46,767 nucleotides of DNA, taken from positions 1 to 46,767 of the forward strand of contig JBHLME010000018.1 of NCBI GenBank assembly GCA_048938445.1. Reading direction: 5' to 3'. Position 1 is the stretch's first letter; every line of letters begins with the position of its first letter. The DNA comes from Promethearchaeota archaeon. GTDB taxonomy: Archaea; Asgardarchaeota; Lokiarchaeia; Sigyniarchaeales; SOKP01. Of this stretch, positions 16,999 to 27,405 are shown piece by piece. The position numbers and the translations under genes are program-made. The notes under the pieces were generated by a model, which was given only the letters and a program-made list of their open reading frames with translations, searched no databases and was not told where the DNA came from.

Positions 16999-19476
16999 TC
17001 ATGGAGTCATTTTAACAATTTCATTAGGATCATTTGAAATTTCGACTTTAATTATAAGTTTTTTAGTACCAGATTTTGGATAAGGAATGATATTACCATT
17101 TAATTTTTGGTCATTAACATATAATGTAGCATAATTACCTTTAGCAATTCTCTCCACTGTAATAAGATAAAGTACACCTCTAAATTCTCGAGAAACCGTA
17201 AAATTAGGCCAATCTTTTGGAATCATGGGTGATATCATTAAACCGGTATGTGTCGGACGTATACCAAGAATCCAATTAGTAATTGCTATATAATTCCATG
17301 CAGCTGTTCCTGTCAACCATGAATTTTTAGCTTCACCAAAATTGGTAGCATCTTTTCCAGAAATCATTTGAGAATAAACATATGGCTCACAACGATGGAT
17401 ATCACTTATTTTTTCCCTTGCTGAAGGATTTATTCTCAGGTAATAATCATGAGCATTATCGCCATTTCCCATCATTGCTTCTGCAATTATAACCCATGGA
17501 TTAGGATGACAAAATACACTTCCATTTTCCTTGTAACCGGGAGGGTATGATGTAATCTCTCCAAGATTTAAGTAATATTTTGAATAAGCAGGACTGAGAA
17601 GCATAATACCATGAGGAGTAGCCAAATGTTTTCTAACGGATTTTAATGCTTTTTTAGCTAATCCATTATTTATACCAACTCCTGCCATTACACAGAAACC
17701 TTGAGGCTCAATAAATATTTTTCCTTCTTTACATTCTCTTGATCCAATTTTACTACCAAGTTGATCATAAGCTCTCAAGAACCATTCTCCATCCCATCCA
17801 AATTTACATATAGCTAAATTCATTTTATCTGCATTTTTCATGTATTCCTTAGCAACATCATCCAATCCTAAAACCTCAAAAATTTCCGCAAGTTCTTTTG
17901 CTGCTAATATATACAGCGCTGCAATAAATATGGATTCTGCAAGATTATCTTCTTTTATAGTTGAATTTTGAAAGGATTCATTTGGTTCCATGGAGAAACT
18001 ATTTAAATTTAAACAATCATTCCAATCCGCCCGGCCAATTAGAGGTAGCTGATGAGGCCCTAATCTCTTTTGAATATATAAGAGACATTTTTCTAAATGT
18101 TCTATGAGTGGCTGTTCTGTTCCAAGTTTATTATCATATGGCACTTGTTCATCAAGTAAACTTAAATCACCTGTCTCTTTAAGATAAGTAGAAACGCTCA
18201 AAACTAACCAGAGTGGATCATCATTAAAACCATCTCCAATATCATTATTACCTTTTTTTGTGAGTGGCTGATATTGATGATATACTCCTCCGTTCTCAAG
18301 TTGAGTTGATGCTAACTCTAAAATCCTACTGCGTGCTCTCTCTGGATCTAAATGAATAAAACCAAGTAAATCTTGATTAGAATCACGAAATCCAATACCT
18401 CTTGAAATTCCAGATTCAAAATATGAAGCACTTCTTGACATGTTAAATGTTACCATGCATTGATAAGGATTCCATATATTTACCATTCTATTAGTATTAA
18501 CGTCAGGGCAATTAACATTAAATTTCCTGAGAATGTTTTCCCAATATTGCTTTAACTCCTTAAAAGCCTTTTTTACATTATCTAAATTTAAATATTTTTT
18601 AATTGTTTCATTTATCATTTTTTTATTTATTATTTGAGAATCAGGAGGATCGAACTTTTCAGAGGGATAATTTTCATGATATCCAAGAATAAAAATAATT
18701 TCTTTTGATTCATTTGACTTAAGAGTAAATTTTATATGGTGTGAACCGATTGGAGCTCCTCCTGAAGCACGGGAATTACATGATCTTCCCGATTCAACCA
18801 CGAGGGGATTGTCCCAACTTCTATAAGGACCTAAAAAATTCTCTCTTTGAGTATCAAATCCTTCAATTAAAGTTGAGCAAGAGAAAGAAGAAAAATGATT
18901 TCTTCTTTCTCTATATCCTGTTTTATGGTATATTGTACTACCCTCGATTTCCAATTCACAAATATTAAGATTTCGTTGAAAATTTGTAGCATCATCAAAT
19001 GCATCCCATAAACAGAACTCAACTAACGAAAAAATGGAAAGATTAACGGGTTTATCATGATAATTTTTGATTTTTAAATACCAAATTTCAATATCCTCTC
19101 CAAGTGGTACAAAATATTTAATTTTCGTTTCAATTTTATGATATATTGAGTTAATAATTGTATAACCCAATCCATGTCTACATGTATATTGATCTAGGTT
19201 CTTTCTTACTGGTTGCCAAGTTGGAGACCAAAACTCACGATTATCATTATCTCTGATATAGAGATAACGACCTCCAAAATCAATGGGTACATTATTATAT
19301 CTATATCGAATAATACGCCTATATCGAGCATCTTTATAAAAGGAGTACCCTCCAGCTGTATTAGAAATAATTCCAAAATAATTTTCACAACCTAAATAAT
19401 TTATCCATGGAAGGGGTGTATCAGGTCTAGTAATGACATATTCTTTTTTTATATCATTAAAAAATCCATACTTCAT
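16999..19476 (-). CDS. GH94 glycoside phosphorylase, cellobiose phosphorylase-like
   Basis: PDTPLPWINYLG, GFRDSNQD, DWNDCL (catalytic Asp), PPGYKEN and AKNSWLTGTAAW motifs. Confidence 0.92.
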   Translation of the reverse strand: MKYGFFNDIKKEYVITRPDTPLPWINYLGCENYFGIISNTAGGYSFYKDARYRRIIRYRYNNVPIDFGGRYLYIRDNDNREFWSPTWQPVRKNLDQYTCRHGLGYTIINSIYHKIETKIKYFVPLGEDIEIWYLKIKNYHDKPVNLSIFSLVEFCLWDAFDDATNFQRNLNICELEIEGSTIYHKTGYRERRNHFSSFSCSTLIEGFDTQRENFLGPYRSWDNPLVVESGRSCNSRASGGAPIGSHHIKFTLKSNESKEIIFILGYHENYPSEKFDPPDSQIINKKMINETIKKYLNLDNVKKAFKELKQYWENILRKFNVNCPDVNTNRMVNIWNPYQCMVTFNMSRSASYFESGISRGIGFRDSNQDLLGFIHLDPERARSRILELASTQLENGGVYHQYQPLTKKGNNDIGDGFNDDPLWLVLSVSTYLKETGDLSLLDEQVPYDNKLGTEQPLIEHLEKCLLYIQKRLGPHQLPLIGRADWNDCLNLNSFSMEPNESFQNSTIKEDNLAESIFIAALYILAAKELAEIFEVLGLDDVAKEYMKNADKMNLAICKFGWDGEWFLRAYDQLGSKIGSRECKEGKIFIEPQGFCVMAGVGINNGLAKKALKSVRKHLATPHGIMLLSPAYSKYYLNLGEITSYPPGYKENGSVFCHPNPWVIIAEAMMGNGDNAHDYYLRINPSAREKISDIHRCEPYVYSQMISGKDATNFGEAKNSWLTGTAAWNYIAITNWILGIRPTHTGLMISPMIPKDWPNFTVSREFRGVLYLITVERIAKGNYATLYVNDQKLNGNIIPYPKSGTKKLIIKVEISNDPNEIVKMTP

Positions 19477-19515
19477 AGTTCAATATTTATTTCAAAATAA
19501 CCTATTATTTTAGTA

Positions 19516-19543
19516 TAAATATACTATACTTTTAGTATATTTA
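19516..19543. promoter_or_regulatory. Palindromic operator upstream of GH94 gene 1
   Basis: TAAATATACTA-tacttt-TAGTATATTTA, a perfect 11-bp inverted repeat 40 bp upstream of the start codon. Confidence 0.75.
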
Positions 19544-19598
19544 AATTTAATGAAAAATTTAACTTAGTTAAAAATAAAAATAATTTTTGTTTTAATGA

Positions 19599-20981
19599 CT
19601 ATTGCCAATTAAAATATGCTTTCTCTAGGTTTTCAATAGTCCTTTTTTCACATTCTTTAACATCTTTAAGAATAGATATTCCTTTTTTTCTGTTTTCTGA
19701 TGAGAGACTATTATTATTTGGTTCAAAATATGGAAATAATACAATAAATTTTTCTAAATGCATTTTCGCATCTCTATATTCTTGATAGGCATTTTTTAAA
19801 TAATCTCCTTGTGGACTAGACCTATATTTTCGAGATAATCTATCTAAATATTCTGCTCCCTGATATTTACAATCATAATAATATTGACCTAAAATACTAT
19901 TCCCATATATATCAATCTCATCATCTTTCGCTGATTCCAACAAATCCATCCATAAATCAAATGCCAAAGGACCAAATGTAAAACCTTCTTGTGAATATTT
20001 ACTACCTTCAGCAAAATTTATAGCTCGATTAATAGATTCTTTTTCCTCGACTCTAATATCATTTTTCTCAACATTTTTATGAAAATAATAATAGATAAAT
20101 TTATCAAGTAATCTGAGTTGGTCAAACCGAATTGGCTCCTCTTCTCGTCCTTCTACCCGGAAATACGAACTTACGAGATAACTATCATTTCTATATCCAT
20201 TAACAATCCCAAATCCAGTACCTTGAATTCCAAAAAGAACAACAGGAGTATCATATTTCTCAATAATAGAAACAATATTATTAAAAACTTTTAAAGCTAA
20301 ATCGATATCCTCACCAATTAGATTCCATTTCCCAGGATATACTCTTTTTTTTTCCCATTTTTCCAATTTCCATCCAAAACTTTCAGTTCCTTTATAAATT
20401 TCTTCCCAAGCTATTTTAGGTATTATTTCCTTGATTGAAGATGTTTTAATTATTCCTGGTACACAAGTGATAAAACAATACCCCGTCATTCCATTAATAT
20501 AAATATAATCGTAAGGTACTTCTAGAGAAATTAATACTCCCGATATACCAGAAATATAAGAATTCCATCCCCCTTGAAATAGAGCTTTATTAGTAATTAT
20601 GGTTTCATTTATTACTCGGGGTTCTCTATAAAATTGAGGCCATTGATTATACTCATTTATTAATTCTTGATGTTCTCTCTGTTGTTTTAAAGAAATATGC
20701 TGATACGTTTCCGTAATTGTTTTAAGAAATTTTAATCCATCATCAGTTATTTTATACCTACCCCATTCTTCCTTTTCAATCAAACTTGCTCCTATTAAAA
20801 GGTCAATATGGTGATTAAGAGTGGTTCGTTTTATCTTTAAACGATTAAGTATAAAAGCAAAGTTACGTGGTGCATCTACTAAATAAGCTAGAATTTTTAA
20901 TCGATTTGTGCTTCCCATTGTTTTAAGAACGGAAGTAATTTCTTTGACCGAGTCTAAAATTAGTTCTGAGATTTTTTCCAT
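19599..20981 (-). CDS. ArsR-type wHTH regulator fused to a ~350-aa C-terminal domain
   Basis: TNRLKILAYL..KRTTLNHHIDLLIGASLIEK...YKITDDG wHTH. The C-terminal region is unassigned (BtrH-like by eye). Confidence 0.8.
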   Translation of the reverse strand: MEKISELILDSVKEITSVLKTMGSTNRLKILAYLVDAPRNFAFILNRLKIKRTTLNHHIDLLIGASLIEKEEWGRYKITDDGLKFLKTITETYQHISLKQQREHQELINEYNQWPQFYREPRVINETIITNKALFQGGWNSYISGISGVLISLEVPYDYIYINGMTGYCFITCVPGIIKTSSIKEIIPKIAWEEIYKGTESFGWKLEKWEKKRVYPGKWNLIGEDIDLALKVFNNIVSIIEKYDTPVVLFGIQGTGFGIVNGYRNDSYLVSSYFRVEGREEEPIRFDQLRLLDKFIYYYFHKNVEKNDIRVEEKESINRAINFAEGSKYSQEGFTFGPLAFDLWMDLLESAKDDEIDIYGNSILGQYYYDCKYQGAEYLDRLSRKYRSSPQGDYLKNAYQEYRDAKMHLEKFIVLFPYFEPNNNSLSSENRKKGISILKDVKECEKRTIENLEKAYFNWQ

Positions 20982-21050
20982 TGTTAATTCTTTTATGAAA
21001 TATTCTTGATTAGTTTTATTAATAATATTTTAAAAAATCTTGGCTGATAA

Positions 21051-21074
21051 AATTAACTATAAAAATAGTATATT
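21051..21074. promoter_or_regulatory. Degenerate operator copy upstream of the regulator gene
   Basis: AATTAACTA-taaaaa-TAGTATATT, 16/18 match to the consensus. Confidence 0.65.
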
Positions 21075-21243
21075 TTAAGATTTATTTAAAATTTTAGTTA
21101 AATATGGATTTAGAAAAAATCTGCTATTAGCCCCAAGAATCAATTAGTCGATAAGTTAAATAATTGTACTATATAAATCATAAGGAGAAAAAAAAAAAGA
21201 AAATCCGAAAAATTTATATATAAATAAAGAAAATATTAGTTAT

Positions 21244-21267
21244 AATATACTAAAATTATAGTATATT
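21244..21267. promoter_or_regulatory. Palindromic operator upstream of the ABC operon
   Basis: AATATACTA-aaatta-TAGTATATT, a perfect 9-bp inverted repeat just downstream of a TTTATATA box near 21212. Confidence 0.75.
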
Positions 21268-21335
21268 CTAAAAAAAAATAGAAACGTATAAAACATATCT
21301 AAAAAAAAATAAAAAATAGAAAAAAGCGATTTTTT

Positions 21336-23279
21336 ATGAAAATGAAAAAAAAAAATCTATTAATACTTGTATTAGCTACATTCTTTCTTTTGCCAACACT
21401 AGTATCAGCAACTGTAAATAATAATATCTCACTAAAAACATCATTAACATTGGTTAAAGATTGGCAAAGACATGAAATCGTTTGGATGACAGGTTATGAT
21501 TTTGATGTTGGAGATTTTAGTCCTTGGAAAGCAGGTCCAAATTTCGGTCTTGCATTAATGTATGAACCATTATTTGGATATGATAAATACACTGACGCAT
21601 ACATTCCAGTAATTGGAACTAGTTTCTCATGGCAAGCAGGGGGTTCTGAACTTCTTGTGACCATTACTAATCAAGCTACGTGGTCAGATGGACAGGTTCT
21701 TGATATTGATGATGTTATATTTAGTTATAATTTAGCTGCTGATCAACCAAAATTTAGCGCAGATTTGACGGCAAGGGTCGATAGTATTACTAAAGTAAGT
21801 GATTATTCAATGACCATGAACATAGCTGCGGGTTATGAAAATAGTTTAAAAGTTATTGAATTCATTAGCTTGGAAATTCCAATCGTACCTGAACATGTTT
21901 GGAAACACATTATTACCATTGAAAATGGTGGAAATCGAGACTTAACTGGTTATCTAAATAATTGGCATACTATTGGATATAATACAAGTTGGATGGTTTG
22001 CTCAGGACCATATCTCCCTCATTATGAACTTGTTCCCGTTGAAGAAGTTTTCATATATAGGGATGATTGGTGGGGAGCTGGAATTATCGATGCAGATCTT
22101 CCAAGTAGAATTGATGGAAAAACTCCACCTAAATACGTTGGAGCCCGAAAATATTCGATTAACCCTGTTAAAGACGCAGCTTTGATTGCTGGAGCTGTAG
22201 ATGGTCATGCTGGATTTATAGCAGAAGTTTGGACTATAATGAATGATCATCCAAATGTCAATACATGGTATGGAAGACAAAATGCTCTAGGAATTGATGG
22301 GAACTATTTCATTGGTTTAGGCTCAGTTCTATCAATAGCTCCGAACCATGCGGTAGCTCCTTTAAATGAAACATATGTGAGAGAAGCAATTGCATATTGT
22401 CTAAACAACGATCCACTTCCAAATATTGCAGCATATGGTTATTGGGATAGAGCGGAAGCTACTTTTATTGATCCAACATCACCATACTATAATGAAACTA
22501 TTGCAAATACATACCGGCGAGACTATAACGTAGCACAAGCACGTCAAACATTATTAGATGCAGGATGCGTCAAAATTGATGATGGTGGTGGTCTTTATCA
22601 CTGGGAAACGCCTTATGGTATGACTATAGGACCCTTTGATCTAATCACTGTTGACGGTTGGACCGATGTTAAAACCGCCTGTGATTATTGGGCTGTTTCT
22701 ATGAATGATATTAACATAAGCGTTACCGTTGTTGAACAACCACAAGCAACTTTTGAAACTAATTTAGAAATTAGAAACTTTGATATGTGCATGCAAACAA
22801 GAACACCACATCTAACAAATCCAGCACTTACCTTCTTTGATGGTTATAGAGGACCTAACTTTTTTGATAAGAATGTCTCTGGATGGGTGAGTCCAGCATT
22901 CGATAATGCGTTTGTTAATTTTGAATTATCAGGAAGTGATCCAGATTTAGCCATGTATTGGGCAAGTCAAATGCAATTACTTCTAGCAACAGAATTACCT
23001 GAAATTCCTTGCTTTAACAATGCATTCTGGTATGCTTTTAGTACAACGTATTGGGAAGGATGGAATTCTGCAGTGAATCAATTCGAACAACCAATATCTC
23101 CAAATACAGTTAACGTTATGGCTCTAAAGGCGAGATTTGTCTTGAACTTATATTCGACTGGTGCTGTAAGTGGTGAATTTCCTTGGTTAATCATTGGTGG
23201 AATAATTGCTGCTGTTTCTATAGTTGGAATTGTAGCTGTTGTAGGCATAGTGCGAGTTAGGAAAAAAAGATCATTATAA
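21336..23279 (+). CDS. ABC substrate-binding protein family 5 (probably oligosaccharide-binding) with C-terminal membrane anchor
   Basis: Signal peptide, YEPLF, WSDG...DDVIFS, GPY and LPEIP motifs; C-terminal TM followed by RVRKKR. Confidence 0.88.
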   Translation: MKMKKKNLLILVLATFFLLPTLVSATVNNNISLKTSLTLVKDWQRHEIVWMTGYDFDVGDFSPWKAGPNFGLALMYEPLFGYDKYTDAYIPVIGTSFSWQAGGSELLVTITNQATWSDGQVLDIDDVIFSYNLAADQPKFSADLTARVDSITKVSDYSMTMNIAAGYENSLKVIEFISLEIPIVPEHVWKHIITIENGGNRDLTGYLNNWHTIGYNTSWMVCSGPYLPHYELVPVEEVFIYRDDWWGAGIIDADLPSRIDGKTPPKYVGARKYSINPVKDAALIAGAVDGHAGFIAEVWTIMNDHPNVNTWYGRQNALGIDGNYFIGLGSVLSIAPNHAVAPLNETYVREAIAYCLNNDPLPNIAAYGYWDRAEATFIDPTSPYYNETIANTYRRDYNVAQARQTLLDAGCVKIDDGGGLYHWETPYGMTIGPFDLITVDGWTDVKTACDYWAVSMNDINISVTVVEQPQATFETNLEIRNFDMCMQTRTPHLTNPALTFFDGYRGPNFFDKNVSGWVSPAFDNAFVNFELSGSDPDLAMYWASQMQLLLATELPEIPCFNNAFWYAFSTTYWEGWNSAVNQFEQPISPNTVNVMALKARFVLNLYSTGAVSGEFPWLIIGGIIAAVSIVGIVAVVGIVRVRKKRSL

Positions 23280-23347
23280 ATAAATAACCAACTTTTTTTT
23301 TTTTTATATATTATAATTTAAATTAATAATAATTATTGTAAAATAAA

Positions 23348-24499
23348 ATGAAAAATATCGAAATAAATCCTTCTGCAAAAACTGAAGAACTTCAAGTCTT
23401 ATCTAAAATCGATGATAGTAGTAATTCTTTAAAAAATTCTAAAAAAAATTCAGATAAAAGTCTAAAGAAAGAGTCTAAATATTCCTATTTAATATTCATA
23501 TCAAAAAAAGGATTATTTTATTTCCTAGTTTTTTTTACAGCTATCTCTTTAGCTTTCTTAATACCCCGGCTCATTCCCGGGAATCCTCTTAGAAGAATGT
23601 TAGATCCTCCTCCAGGTATATCTGACCTTTCAGCTTGGGAAGAAAAGATTGCGGAACTAACAACATATTTTGGATTAGATCTACCTCCTGCAATGCAATA
23701 TTTTCTATTTTTAGCAAATTTCTTTATGGGGAATTTAGGACAATCATTAGCATATTATCCTCAATATGTTGTTGACATTGTTGGAGCTCGTTTGGGATAT
23801 ACTATGCTATTAGTAGTTCCCGCGGTTATTGTTACTTTTTTATTAGGTAATTGGATTGGTGCGCGTGTCGGATATCAAAAAGGTTGGAAAAATAAACTTG
23901 GTTATTATATTTCAATAATGTTACAATCAGCACCTTTTTTTTGGATTTCATTTGTTATATTAGATTTTACCGTAATTCATCCTTTATTTTCAGGAGATCC
24001 ACTCTATACATGGGGGGATGCTCCACCTAAACTAGTAATAGAGACATTTCTGAATGCTAATGCACTTCAAGATTTATTAGAACATTGGATACCACCATTT
24101 TTAGTGTTAGTTGTCTGTTTTTCGGGAGGATGGGCAACAGGTATGCGTTCATTAATGATTTATGAACGAAATTCAGATTATATTCTTTATTGTGAAAAGT
24201 TAGGGTTTAAAAAAAAGAAAATGCGAAGATATGCAATGCGTAATTGTTTGCTTCCTCAAATGACTGGATTAAATTTACGATTCAATGAAATTTTAGGTGC
24301 CACTCTGATTACTGAAGCGGTTTTTCAATGGCCTGGTTTAGGGAGTCTAATAGTTTACGCATTTGAAGTGAGAGATTATAATTTAATAGTTGGAGCGTTT
24401 ATTATAACGATTTTAATAATTGTTATTGGAAATTTTTTAATTGATATTTTATATGGAGTCGTAGATCCTAGAATACGTATAGGGGGCGGGAACAAATGA
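23348..24499 (+). CDS. Dpp/Opp ABC permease B
   Basis: PRLIPGNP, GNLGQS, ITEAVFQWPGLG and DPRIR motifs. Confidence 0.92.
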   Translation: MKNIEINPSAKTEELQVLSKIDDSSNSLKNSKKNSDKSLKKESKYSYLIFISKKGLFYFLVFFTAISLAFLIPRLIPGNPLRRMLDPPPGISDLSAWEEKIAELTTYFGLDLPPAMQYFLFLANFFMGNLGQSLAYYPQYVVDIVGARLGYTMLLVVPAVIVTFLLGNWIGARVGYQKGWKNKLGYYISIMLQSAPFFWISFVILDFTVIHPLFSGDPLYTWGDAPPKLVIETFLNANALQDLLEHWIPPFLVLVVCFSGGWATGMRSLMIYERNSDYILYCEKLGFKKKKMRRYAMRNCLLPQMTGLNLRFNEILGATLITEAVFQWPGLGSLIVYAFEVRDYNLIVGAFIITILIIVIGNFLIDILYGVVDPRIRIGGGNK

Positions 24500-25425
24500 A
24501 AACTAAATCTCTGTTATTAGATTCTGTAAAATTAGAAGATATTGATGAAGAAGATGTAGACTCCTCTTTCCTAAGTGGGATGAAAACTTTATGGAATAGA
24601 TATCGTAATCAAATAATTATGTTATCTATTTTTATTATAATAACTATTTTCTTCATAATAATTACATACATTCCTCCATTTAATGATATAAGCCGGTATT
24701 ATTATGATATAGAACGTGTTAGACTCCCTCCATCACCAGCATTTCCAATGGGTACCAATAGATATGGACAAGATAATTTAAATTTATTACTTAGAGGATT
24801 TAGTAATTCCATAATATTTAGCTTTATAACAGCTTTAATATGCACGGGTATTGCTGTTCTCTTTGGAGTGATTGGACCATATATTCATTGGACAACGGAT
24901 ACCATCTCTCAATTTATTACTAATGTAGCATTAGTTTTTCCTGTAATTCCATTTATATTACTTCTAGCAGCATTAACAGAGGAAAGGTCAATTTATCAGA
25001 TGATTGTAATAATTGCTTTGTTTTATTGGCCTTGGGCAGCGAGATCAATGCGTGCTCAAGTTCTGACAATAAAAGAAAGAGATTATATAAAGGTTTCAAA
25101 GATGTCAGGCATTGGATCTGCAAAAGTAGCTGTAACCGAAGTTTTACCCGGAGTCTTATCCTATACATTTTTAACTTTTGTAATTTCTGTTGCGATCGCA
25201 ATTGCAACTGAAGCGGGGATTGCAATGTTAGGATTTGGCCAAAATGATTACCTCACATTAGGATATTTATTAGATGAGGTATTGACACAAGGATATATTA
25301 TTACAGGAAAATATTATATATGGATTCCCCCGGGGGCAATTTTAACGCTTTTCTTACTATTAATATATGCACTTCATGGTAGTATTAGTTCAATATTCAA
25401 TCCAAAAACAAGAGATATTGCATGA
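24496..25425 (+). CDS. Dpp/Opp ABC permease C
   Basis: PPS..FPMGTNRYGQD and ARSMRAQVLTIKERDYI motifs; ATGA overlap with the previous gene. Confidence 0.92.
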   Translation: MKTKSLLLDSVKLEDIDEEDVDSSFLSGMKTLWNRYRNQIIMLSIFIIITIFFIIITYIPPFNDISRYYYDIERVRLPPSPAFPMGTNRYGQDNLNLLLRGFSNSIIFSFITALICTGIAVLFGVIGPYIHWTTDTISQFITNVALVFPVIPFILLLAALTEERSIYQMIVIIALFYWPWAARSMRAQVLTIKERDYIKVSKMSGIGSAKVAVTEVLPGVLSYTFLTFVISVAIAIATEAGIAMLGFGQNDYLTLGYLLDEVLTQGYIITGKYYIWIPPGAILTLFLLLIYALHGSISSIFNPKTRDIA

Positions 25426-26516
25426 TTAAAAAGATGATAAAAAATAGTGATGAGATACTTAAAATAGAAAACCTTGAAGGATATTACAAAGGATCTTTTG
25501 GATTTGTACAAGCTGTTGATGGAGTTTCATTTTCTGTAAATAAAGGCGAGATTGTAGGTATTGCTGGTGAATCAGGTTGTGGAAAATCAACTTTAGCAGA
25601 ATTAATTACTGGTTGCCCTAAATCTCTTTTATATCATGGAAAAGGACAAGTATATGTGAATGAATTCCCCCTCTATATCAAAATGCCTACATATAGTATT
25701 TCAAAATTTAATGAAATTACATTAAAGAAAAAAATTAAAAAACAAAGAGAAAAAGTCAGAAAAGACATTTTATGTAAGGAAATTGGATATGTTCCTCAAG
25801 CATCCCAAAATTCCTTAAATCCTGTAAAAAAGGTAAAGAAAATTATTAATGATGTCATGAAGCAGCGATATCCTAATTATAAAGCTGGAAAACAAATTAA
25901 TATTGGGGGTGAATTAATTCAATCAACTTCTCATATAATAAATCATTTAAAAAAATTAGGTTTAGATGAAACAATTTTAACAAAATACCCTCATGAATTG
26001 AGTGGAGGTATGAAACAAAGAACTGTTGTAGGAATATCGACGTTATATAAACCTAATCTATTAATAGTAGATGAACCGACAAGCGCTCTAGATGTTACTA
26101 CTCAAAAACTTTTAATTGACACATTATTGGATTTACTATCTCAAAATATAATTGATACTATCATTTTTATTTCTCACGATATTCCTACTTTAGCTCAGAT
26201 ATGCACGAGATGCATAATAATGTATGCGGGTAAATTAATTGAAATGGGTTCTATGGAAGAAATCATATGTGAACCATTACATCCATACACGGAAGAATTA
26301 ATTCATTCCATTGCTTCTTTTAATCCAGATGGTACGGCGGAAACAGAATTGAAAGGAATAACAGGAGAACCCCCAAATCTTAGAAATCCTCCAAAAGGAT
26401 GTAGATTTTATCCAAGATGCGAAAGAAGAATGGATGAATGCAAGGAAAAAAATCCTCCTTATTTTTATCCTAAAGGAATAAATAATCCAGTTGCTTGCTG
26501 GTTATATAAAGAATAG
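25422..26516 (+). CDS. Dpp/Opp ABC ATPase D
   Basis: GESGCGKST, LSGGMKQR, DEPT and HPYT motifs; C-terminal GCRFYPRC..C..VAC. Confidence 0.93.
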   Translation: MIKKMIKNSDEILKIENLEGYYKGSFGFVQAVDGVSFSVNKGEIVGIAGESGCGKSTLAELITGCPKSLLYHGKGQVYVNEFPLYIKMPTYSISKFNEITLKKKIKKQREKVRKDILCKEIGYVPQASQNSLNPVKKVKKIINDVMKQRYPNYKAGKQINIGGELIQSTSHIINHLKKLGLDETILTKYPHELSGGMKQRTVVGISTLYKPNLLIVDEPTSALDVTTQKLLIDTLLDLLSQNIIDTIIFISHDIPTLAQICTRCIIMYAGKLIEMGSMEEIICEPLHPYTEELIHSIASFNPDGTAETELKGITGEPPNLRNPPKGCRFYPRCERRMDECKEKNPPYFYPKGINNPVACWLYKE

Positions 26517-27314
26517 GTGAAAAAAATTAAGAAAAATTTATTGAAAATAGAAAATCTTTCCAAAATATATGTTTCAGGTATTATCAGCACAAAATACACA
26601 ACAGCTGCTTCAAATGTGACATTTGAAGTAAATGAAGGTGATGTAGTGTCCCTTGTAGGAGAAAGTGGAAGCGGTAAGTCAACAATAGCAAAATTGATTT
26701 TAAGATTATTAAGACCAACGAAAGGTGATATTTATCTTTATGGAGCAAATATAAAGAAAATTAAAAAAAGAGTATATTATCGTAAGGTACAAGGAGTATT
26801 CCAGGATCCATATAGTTCTTTTAATTCTTTCTATAAAATTGATCATACTTTAAAACAAGCATTCTCAATTGCTTTTCCTAAAGGTACACGTATAGATAGA
26901 CAAAAAAAATTTGTTGATATATTAACTAAGGTTGGACTTGATCCACATGAAACTTTAGGAAGATATCCCCATCAAGTCAGCGGAGGTCAATTGCAGCGTA
27001 TTTTAATTGCTCGAGCATTGTTATTTGAACCAAAATTATTAATTGCAGATGAGCCAACTAGTATGATTGATTCAAGTTCTCGAGCAGGAATATTAAACTT
27101 ATTTAAAGCATTAAAGCAGGAATATAATGTAACAATACTGTTTATAACTCATGATATAGGTCAAGCACAATATTTATCTGATCGTGTATTAGTAATGCAA
27201 CATGGTAAAATAGTAGAACAAGGAAAAACAAATAAAGTGTTTTTTACTCCGAAAGAAGCTTATACACAAAATTTGTTAAGTTGTGTTCCAAGTTTGTATA
27301 GAAAATGGGAATAA
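26517..27314 (+). CDS. Dpp/Opp ABC ATPase F
   Basis: GESGSGKST, VSGGQLQR, ADEPT and ITHD motifs. Confidence 0.93.
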   Translation: MKKIKKNLLKIENLSKIYVSGIISTKYTTAASNVTFEVNEGDVVSLVGESGSGKSTIAKLILRLLRPTKGDIYLYGANIKKIKKRVYYRKVQGVFQDPYSSFNSFYKIDHTLKQAFSIAFPKGTRIDRQKKFVDILTKVGLDPHETLGRYPHQVSGGQLQRILIARALLFEPKLLIADEPTSMIDSSSRAGILNLFKALKQEYNVTILFITHDIGQAQYLSDRVLVMQHGKIVEQGKTNKVFFTPKEAYTQNLLSCVPSLYRKWE

Positions 27315-27405
27315 ATTAAATTTATTATATTTTAAAGGAATCTTAATTTCTAATCACTTTTTTACTAATTATTTAAAAAAACTAATAAAATCTAAGTTGA
27401 TTAAA

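Noticed and set aside
26514-26519. In-frame TAG-GTG junction between the two ABC ATPases as a sign of amber recoding
   Set aside because: TAG ends other complete proteins normally (ACT, regulator, GH94-2), and TAGGTGA resembles the SD-like motif seen before other genes. Translational coupling is sufficient.
27283-27405. ORF-track N-terminal extension of GH94-2
   Set aside because: It overlaps the upstream ATPase and is AT-rich intergenic sequence; homology to the paralog begins at ATG 27406.
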